From an uncultured Candidatus Saccharibacteria bacterium (GTDB lineage Bacteria > Patescibacteriota > Minisyncoccia > Phycocordibacterales > CAIRYW01), in contig CAZAOU010000001.1 in assembly GCA_964487135.1 (NCBI GenBank), positions 8,542 to 72,541 on the forward strand: a stretch of DNA of 64,000 bases, read 5' to 3'. The position numbers were made by a program, and so were the translations under genes. Under the pieces are notes generated by a model. That model was given only the letters and a program-made list of their open reading frames with translations. It had not been told where the DNA came from and did not search any database. This document shows, one piece after another, positions 57,643 through 64,000 of this stretch. Numbering within the stretch: the first letter of the stretch is position 1; each line of letters starts with the position of its first letter.

Positions 57643-58872
57643 TTATTTTTTATTTTTAGCTTCTAAAACTTTTTGAATTGCAATAATAAACGCACTTTTT
57701 CTAAGACTAGTTTTTTTGTCTTCATAAACACTCCAAACAGAATTGAAAGCATCCTTCATTTTTTTATTTAATTCCGCCAAAACTTTTTCTTTATTCCACT
57801 TTTCGTTTTGCATATTCTGATACCACTCAAAATATGAAACCGTAACACCTCCACTATTTGCTAAAATATCAGGTGCAGACAAAATCTCTCTACTTTCCAA
57901 TATTTCATCGGCCTCAGGAGTTACCGGACCATTTGCCATTTCAATAATTATTTTTGCCTTTATATTTCGTGCATTTTCTTTAGTAATAACATTTTCAGAA
58001 GCAGCCGGCACCAATATATCGACCGGCAAAAGCAATAATTCTTCATTTGAAATTTCTTTCACACCCTCAAAACCTTTGAGGGTACTTTTTTCTTTTTTAT
58101 ACAACAAAACAGATTCAACAGATAATCCTTCGGGATTATAAATTCCACCTTTTGAATCCGAGAGTGCAACTATTTTATATCCACCCTGCTCTGCCTTACG
58201 AGCAAAATATTCCCCCACATTTCCAATTCCCTGAACCGCAACGGAAGTATTTTGTGGTTGTATTCCTTTTTTTTCTGAAATTAATTTCAAAACCTCAACA
58301 CCACCATAACCCGTTGCTTCTGTGCGTCCTTCTGATCCACCATAATCAAGTGGTTTTCCTGTAAAAGTTGCAAAACTTTTTTCTCCTGTTACCTTCTGAT
58401 ATTCATCATTCATCCATTTCATAACCTTTCCATCTGTATACATATCAGGAGCTGGAACATCTTTTTCTGGACCAATTACATCCGCAATCGCTCGTGCAAA
58501 AGCACGGGACAGTTTTTCTAATTCATTTTCTGAAAGTTTTTTTGTATCAACAACAACACCACCCTTTCCTCCGCCGTATGGAATATCAGCAACCGCACAC
58601 TTCCATGTCATCCAAGAAGAAAGTGCTTTAACTTCTTCAATATCCACCTGAGGAGCAAATCGGAGTCCTCCTTTAAAAGGCCCTCGAGCGTTGTTGTGTT
58701 GTGATCTAAAACCTTTAAAAAGTTTATTTTCGCCATTATCCATCTCCACCTCAAAATTTACTTCAACAACTCTCGAGGGAGAAAAAAGGTATTCCAAAGT
58801 TGGCGCAGAAAGTTCAAGATGCTTTGATGCCTCTGTTATTTGTTTAATAGAATTTTCAAATGGATTGCTCAT
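57643..58872 (-). CDS. gdhA: Glutamate dehydrogenase (Glu/Leu/Phe/Val dehydrogenase)
   Basis: GPFKGGLRF, MTWKC, GGGKGG, DVPAPD, ATGYG, QGIGNVG, ANSGGVTVSYFEW. Confidence 0.93.
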   Translation of the reverse strand: MSNPFENSIKQITEASKHLELSAPTLEYLFSPSRVVEVNFEVEMDNGENKLFKGFRSQHNNARGPFKGGLRFAPQVDIEEVKALSSWMTWKCAVADIPYGGGKGGVVVDTKKLSENELEKLSRAFARAIADVIGPEKDVPAPDMYTDGKVMKWMNDEYQKVTGEKSFATFTGKPLDYGGSEGRTEATGYGGVEVLKLISEKKGIQPQNTSVAVQGIGNVGEYFARKAEQGGYKIVALSDSKGGIYNPEGLSVESVLLYKKEKSTLKGFEGVKEISNEELLLLPVDILVPAASENVITKENARNIKAKIIIEMANGPVTPEADEILESREILSAPDILANSGGVTVSYFEWYQNMQNEKWNKEKVLAELNKKMKDAFNSVWSVYEDKKTSLRKSAFIIAIQKVLEAKNKK

Positions 58873-58941
58873 TTTTTCTTTAATTACAGAGAATTATTTT
58901 ACCTTTTTAAATAATTAATGAAAGCCGAGAATACACACACC

Positions 58942-59049
58942 TCTCCCTTAACAACATAATTTTGAGCACGGATATCCTCCTACTGGCAGGATTCCTCGTG
59001 CTCGCGTCGGTCACGCTCGCAAGTCTCAAAATTATGTTGTTAAGGGAGA
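58942..59049. repeat. 108-bp element with perfect 25-bp terminal inverted repeats
   Basis: TCTCCCTTAACAACATAATTTTGAG (58942-58966) and its reverse complement (59025-59049) around a GC-rich core. Confidence 0.85.
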
Positions 59050-59147
59050 CTTATTAGAATTACACACCTATCCTTTGACACCAAAAAATATAGGAGTAGT
59101 CTTTTATATTAAGAAACCCGAAACTCCAAACCAACTCCAAATACACC

Positions 59148-59801
59148 ATGAACATTCAAAACTGGCTGACCGTCCTCGGCTTGCTGTTTGCCGGCACCAT
59201 CGTGCTGGCGTGGCTTAGTGGCTACCACCGGCGGATGAATCTCTATTCGTCCTGCTCGAACGATCCGGACCCTCGCTCAAGATGGATCCACTTCGGATTC
59301 GCGCTCTGCGCCGTCGCGTTCGTCTCAACTGCTCTGGTGGCGCTGAGCCACAGATCGTCCGAGGCAACGACCTTCGAAAAAAAAGTGGAACGCTTGGGGC
59401 TGGCACTCCAAAAAGAGATCCGCCGAGGCGAAAAACTGGAAGCAGAAAACGCTTCGCTCCTGCAGCTGGCAAAAATCAACTTCCTCGCAATCAAGGAGAG
59501 CGAGGTTTTGAGCATTCAAGCTCAGGAGGAGTTGCTCGCGATCATTCGCGACATGCAAGAATCCAAAACTCGTCTGAAAGCTCTGTGCGACTTCCATCAC
59601 AACTCCTACGCCGACCTTTGGCAAAAGAACACCAAGGTCCAAGAGGATCTCAAAGAGGTGATTGATGTCCTGCGGGAACTCCACGAAGAGAACGAGGCAC
59701 TCCACGAGCAAAACGATGCTCTGCGAAACTTCATCACAGGCGATGAGCAGAACATCCCAACAAGGGATCCACTCACAGTCTCCGGGAAAATCAGCCTCTA
59801 G
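59148..59801 (+). CDS. Hypothetical 2-TM plus coiled-coil protein (GC-richer orphan)
   Basis: Two hydrophobic helices followed by heptads; TTGACA-17-TAGTCT promoter at about 59075-59103; terminator at about 59805-59833. Confidence 0.75.
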   Translation: MNIQNWLTVLGLLFAGTIVLAWLSGYHRRMNLYSSCSNDPDPRSRWIHFGFALCAVAFVSTALVALSHRSSEATTFEKKVERLGLALQKEIRRGEKLEAENASLLQLAKINFLAIKESEVLSIQAQEELLAIIRDMQESKTRLKALCDFHHNSYADLWQKNTKVQEDLKEVIDVLRELHEENEALHEQNDALRNFITGDEQNIPTRDPLTVSGKISL

Positions 59802-59831
59802 CAACGCTCCCAATCAAATGGGGCGATTTTT

Positions 59832-60344
59832 TTATATTTTTCTACTATCATACGCCCAATGCAAAAGTGCTTGCCTTTGTTTTGTATGACAACTAAAATC
59901 TCCTTTTTTACAATTATTTGTAATTTGAGTAATATGTCTTACCATTGCTTTCCATCTTTTTATTTGCCTTTTATCTTCTTCTGGAATTCTTCTTCCTAAA
60001 TAATACCTACAATACCACCCAAACCATCCCCTTGGATCATCTTTATATATCCATCCTTTTTTCTGCCACACAGAAAGAGGTTGACTTGCATCAACTTTAA
60101 AATAATTAAGATTAATATCTTTTGTTTTTGAAAGCTTTGCTTTTGCTAGCCAACTTTTTGGAAGCTCTTTACTCCTATCATTAAAATAGAGTCCCCCAAA
60201 AATACCAAGTTCAAGCATTTCTTTGGGAGTAAGATCTGGTTTAAATTCAGAATCAAAATTTTTGCCCTCTGGCTCTGTCAAAAAATAAATATAATTTTTC
60301 TGATATTGATCGTTTACAATAATCTTTTGTTTTCTTTTAGACAT
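59832..60344 (-). CDS. Conserved hypothetical protein (Trp/Arg-rich family)
   Basis: TPKEML-LG-FGG-YF, DPRGWF-WYCRYY-GRR, ED-RQI-RW, RQALLHWAYD. Confidence 0.75.
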   Translation of the reverse strand: MSKRKQKIIVNDQYQKNYIYFLTEPEGKNFDSEFKPDLTPKEMLELGIFGGLYFNDRSKELPKSWLAKAKLSKTKDINLNYFKVDASQPLSVWQKKGWIYKDDPRGWFGWYCRYYLGRRIPEEDKRQIKRWKAMVRHITQITNNCKKGDFSCHTKQRQALLHWAYDSRKI

Positions 60345-60382
60345 GAATATATTTTAGTATCTATATATTCAAAATCAAAAAA

Positions 60383-61636
60383 TTAAGAAACAAAAGTAAG
60401 AGCTTTACCTTTTTTTACACCTCTTCCAGTTCTTCCAATTCTATGAACATAATCTTCATGGCTTTCTGGAATGTCGTAATTAATAACATGAGTAATGTCG
60501 TTTATATCAAGTCCACGAGCCGCAACATCCGTTGCAATCAAAACCTTGATTTCGTCTCTCTTAAACATATTAAGTGTTTTTTGTCGTCTTGATTGAGTTT
60601 TATTTCCATGAATTGCATCTGCCTTAAATCCTTTTGCTTGAAGCATTTGAGAAATTTTTTCTACACCATGTTTTGTCTGACCGAAAACCAACACTTTTCC
60701 AAATTCTTCTTTTGAAAGAAGTTTTGTAAGCTCTTCAAATCTTTTATCTTTTGCAACCCTCACAATATCTTGCTCAATATTCTGCGCAACTTCTCTTGTT
60801 TTAACAGAAATTGTTAGAGGTTCACGCAAAAAATCTTTGATAAGGGCTTCAATTTCTCTAGATAGAGTAGCTGAGAAGAAAAGTCCGTGCCTGTTTTCTG
60901 GCATTTGTTTAATAACAAACTTCATATCGTGAATAAATCCCATATCAAGCATTCTGTCTGCTTCGTCCAAAACAACAGTGTTGAAAGTTTTAAGATCAAT
61001 TTGCTTTCTTTCAATTAAATCTTTCAATCTTCCGGGAGTTCCAATAACAAAGTTTTGAAATCTTTTTAATTCCCTAATTTGAAAAGAAATATTTGCACCG
61101 CCAACACACACAACAGAAAAGATAGGCATGCCTTTTACAAAAGCTCTGAGTTCATCATTTATTTGCATCGCAAGTTCACGAGTAGGAACAATAACCAAAA
61201 CTTTTTGATGTTTGTCTTGCATTACTTTGTTTATAAGCGGAATAAGAAAAGCCGCAGTTTTTCCTGTTCCTGTATTTGCCATACCAACAACGTCCTTTCC
61301 TTGCAATATATAAGGAATAATTTTGTCTTGAATTGGAGTTGGCGCAGAAAAACCTCTATTTGCAATAGATTTTTTTAATCTTTCATCAATATGAAAGTCA
61401 GCAAAAGCATGCGCTGGCACAAACACCTCCGCTTCTTCAGTTACTGTAACTTTATTGATAAATTTAGAAACATCGATTTGCTTTCTACCTCTACCTCCTC
61501 CACGAGAAAAGCGAGATCCTCCACCAAATCCTCTTTTTTTAAACCCTCCGGAAGAGTTAGCTCCTCGTGAATTTCCAAACGAATTCCCGAATTTTCTTCG
61601 CGGATGCGAAAAATTACTTTTATTATTTTGATACAT
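60383..61636 (-). CDS. DEAD-box RNA helicase
   Basis: PTPIQ, ANTGTGKT, PTRELA, TPGRL, DEAD, SAT, ATDVAARGLD, HRIGRTGR. Confidence 0.95.
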   Translation of the reverse strand: MYQNNKSNFSHPRRKFGNSFGNSRGANSSGGFKKRGFGGGSRFSRGGGRGRKQIDVSKFINKVTVTEEAEVFVPAHAFADFHIDERLKKSIANRGFSAPTPIQDKIIPYILQGKDVVGMANTGTGKTAAFLIPLINKVMQDKHQKVLVIVPTRELAMQINDELRAFVKGMPIFSVVCVGGANISFQIRELKRFQNFVIGTPGRLKDLIERKQIDLKTFNTVVLDEADRMLDMGFIHDMKFVIKQMPENRHGLFFSATLSREIEALIKDFLREPLTISVKTREVAQNIEQDIVRVAKDKRFEELTKLLSKEEFGKVLVFGQTKHGVEKISQMLQAKGFKADAIHGNKTQSRRQKTLNMFKRDEIKVLIATDVAARGLDINDITHVINYDIPESHEDYVHRIGRTGRGVKKGKALTFVS

Positions 61637-61964
61637 AGATAAAACGAAATCTAATCTTTAAGATAAACGTAAGGCGATTAGTTAATCCCCTTTAGTTCTT
61701 TAGATTCCGAGAATTGGGCTTAAAAAGCCTAAAACCAATGAGAATTTCTTACCTTCTAATAATATTACAAAAAATGTTTATTGTCAAATAGGTGACATCG
61801 GCCCTATTTAAGGGCTATTTTGCCAAATTGGCTTTTATATAACTTCTGGTTATTGGCCCAAACAAACCTTTATAAGGTCTTATACCCGAAGCTTTTTGAA
61901 ACTAGGAGATTTTCAAAATCAGTTCTATAACCCATTTCACTTGTTTGTGGGTCACGAAACTTAA

Positions 61965-62174
61965 CACCAATTTTATGGACAAAAAGCCGATCTACCGAAA
62001 TTAGATTTTGATCAAAGACAATACGTGATTTATGTTTTAACCCAAGGAACAATCATAGAAAAAAGAGAATTTTTGGGATCGTTGAAAAATAAAATTATCT
62101 TAAAACAAAAAAATATAACAACAGAAAAAAAGCAAAAAGAAAACCTTTGTAACAAGGTGTTTTTGCCTATATAA
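61965..62174 (+). pseudogene. Probable C-terminal remnant of a serine recombinase-family gene
   Basis: Open frame without a start: ...RQYVIYVLTQGTIIEKREFLGSLKNKIILKQK..., resembling C-termini of CPR recombinases. Confidence 0.4.
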
Positions 62175-62184
62175 TCATTATTCA

Positions 62185-63456
62185 ATGCCAAAACAAATAC
62201 CTAAAAAAACTGATTGGGACTTCAAAGGACATGATACGCAGTATATGACCCACGGAATTCACAAGTACCCAGCAAGAATGATACCCCAAATAGCAAAAAG
62301 ATTAATTCTAGACCTTTCTAAAACAGGTGACCTAATTGTAGACCCATTTTCTGGATCAGGAACGGTTATAACTGAAGCATTAATTAATAAAAGGAGAGCA
62401 ATAGGAAATGATTTAAATCCTCTTGCAATACTTATAAGTAAAGTAAGAACTAGTCCAATTAATTATAAAAAATTAGAAACTATTCTCATTGACATCCAAA
62501 AGGAATGGCACAAAAACAAGAAATATAAAGATTTAAAAATATCTGAAGATATTAATATTGATTATTGGTTCAAGGACTATGTTATTAATGATCTGAGTAA
62601 ATTGAAAGGTATCATTAACTCATTAAATCTATCGAAAGATGAGAGAGATTTTATAAATGTATGTTTTTCTTATACAACAAGAATTGTTTCTAACTTAAGA
62701 CAGGGGGAATACAAAATATACAGAATCTCTGCCAACAAACTAGAATCCCATAATCCAAAAGTTTTAGATACCTTTCTAAAAACATCTAAAAAATATATAG
62801 AAAAAATGGCCGATTTTTACAATCATATTTATTCTGAGAAAATAAAAAGGGATATAAAAATCACCAAAGCTGACGCAAGATTTTTACCGAAAGAAATTTA
62901 TAAAGATAACTCAGTTGATTTGATTGTTACATCGCCACCATACGGTGATAGCCAAACAACTGTTGCATACGGGCAATTTTCTAGATACTCACTAACATGG
63001 CTTGGTTTTACAAAAAAAGAAGTCTACGAGATTGATAAAATTTTATTAGGAGGAAAACCTGTGAATTTTATGAATGAGATAAAATCACCAACTCTGCAAA
63101 GAATATTAAAAGAGATAGAAAAAAGAGACCCCAAAAGAGCTGACGATACCTTGTGGTTTATGGTAGATCTTTATATGACGATAAAGGAAATGGGACGAAT
63201 TTTGAAGAAGGGATCTCATACTTGTATTGTGATTGGTAACAGAGCGGTTAGAAGAATTAGAATTCCAACAAGTAAAATAATTGAGGAAATGGCAGTTAAC
63301 ATGAAGGATTATAATTTCGAACATGTTATTACAATGGGTAGAAATATACCAACCAAGAATAATCCTATATCTTCAAAATTTAAATTGACTGATGGTAGTG
63401 AGGAGTGGATAAAAACAATGAGTACAGAAGATATAATTATTCTTAAGAAAAAATAA
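62185..63456 (+). CDS. DNA methyltransferase, N4-cytosine type
   Basis: HGIHKYPA, DPFSGSGT (motif I), DLNP, VTSPPY (motif IV). Confidence 0.88.
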   Translation: MPKQIPKKTDWDFKGHDTQYMTHGIHKYPARMIPQIAKRLILDLSKTGDLIVDPFSGSGTVITEALINKRRAIGNDLNPLAILISKVRTSPINYKKLETILIDIQKEWHKNKKYKDLKISEDINIDYWFKDYVINDLSKLKGIINSLNLSKDERDFINVCFSYTTRIVSNLRQGEYKIYRISANKLESHNPKVLDTFLKTSKKYIEKMADFYNHIYSEKIKRDIKITKADARFLPKEIYKDNSVDLIVTSPPYGDSQTTVAYGQFSRYSLTWLGFTKKEVYEIDKILLGGKPVNFMNEIKSPTLQRILKEIEKRDPKRADDTLWFMVDLYMTIKEMGRILKKGSHTCIVIGNRAVRRIRIPTSKIIEEMAVNMKDYNFEHVITMGRNIPTKNNPISSKFKLTDGSEEWIKTMSTEDIIILKKK

Positions 63457-63459
63457 TTG

Positions 63460-64000
63460 TTATAAAATCCTAATATGTTCGTTGAAGATCTCTAGAAAAT
63501 CATTTTTACTTATTCTTATTGCTGTGCCGTGATCATGATATTTGCCAATTTGACCACCTGTTCTATCTGCTCCAATTCTTATATCAAATTTTAATTTACC
63601 ATCAATAATAGCTTTTTTAAACTTTTCAATACTCAACCCAGATAGTAAGAATGCCTCTTGATAAGAAAAAGATTCTTCGGGTTTTTTTCCTTTAGTGTTT
63701 GCATATATAAGCAAAGTTTTGTTTGCTTTACTTTTAAGTTTGTTAAACAAAGATTCTGTTGACCAATATGCTTCAATCCCATTTTTATTAATAATTGTGA
63801 TTTTGTCATCATCCAGCTCAAGCTTGAAACCTTGTGGGTTAACCCTAGAGCCATAAATAGTCGTATAGAGTTTCTGTATTCCATCATCTTCTGCAATATG
63901 GCTGTATTCTGTAAACAACTTTCTATTTACACCACGTGGAAGTGGGGATTTTGACATCAAGGTTAGCATAGAAGCTGAATCTACCCGCTTTGCCTTAATT
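63460..64000 (-). CDS. MvaI/BcnI-family type II restriction endonuclease, 3' part (runs off the window)
   Basis: Frame stays open to the window end (IKAKRVDSASMLTLMSKSP); FDIRIG...HDHGTAIRI; convergent with an m4C MTase. Confidence 0.8.
   Translation of the reverse strand, partial: IKAKRVDSASMLTLMSKSPLPRGVNRKLFTEYSHIAEDDGIQKLYTTIYGSRVNPQGFKLELDDDKITIINKNGIEAYWSTESLFNKLKSKANKTLLIYANTKGKKPEESFSYQEAFLLSGLSIEKFKKAIIDGKLKFDIRIGADRTGGQIGKYHDHGTAIRISKNDFLEIFNEHIRIL

Noticed and set aside
59215-59889. Multiple overlapping ORFs over 59148-59801
   Set aside because: Shadow frames with low-complexity Arg/Ser/Pro composition
61870-62052. 60-aa minus-strand ORF
   Set aside because: No recognisable features; the opposite-strand frame looks more protein-like

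Overview
AT-rich chromosome segment, most consistent with a Patescibacteria/CPR (Parcubacteria-like) bacterium using genetic code 11. The supporting signs are short AlaRS and UvrC, archaeal-type PyrH, a sigma70-r4/HTH fusion, an FtsA-like plus baseplate-J-like gene pair, and near-leaderless genes without Shine-Dalgarno sites. The backbone is housekeeping: rpmJ/infA, alaS, leuS, mnmA, ychF, a complete F1Fo ATP synthase operon, ahcY, partial riboflavin genes, pyrH, tsaC, class II ribonucleotide reductase, ddl, uvrA/B/C, tgt, gdhA, a DEAD-box helicase and two tRNA-Ala genes. It ends in an MvaI/BcnI-like type II restriction-modification pair preceded by a probable recombinase remnant. The main highlight is a candidate vitamin B12 capture module: an ECF S-component, a cobalamin riboswitch with terminator, and two transcobalamin-like surface proteins, lying near the B12-dependent RNR. 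Other highlights are a T-box riboswitch in front of orphan ORFs, a 121-bp inverted-repeat element inserted exactly on a start codon, a leader-peptide/terminator attenuator candidate, dispersed GC-richer stand-alone orphan genes, heptamer repeats inserted in-frame in uvrC, and a Nudix domain inside LeuRS. All calls come from reading the sequence and recognising motifs; no searches were run.
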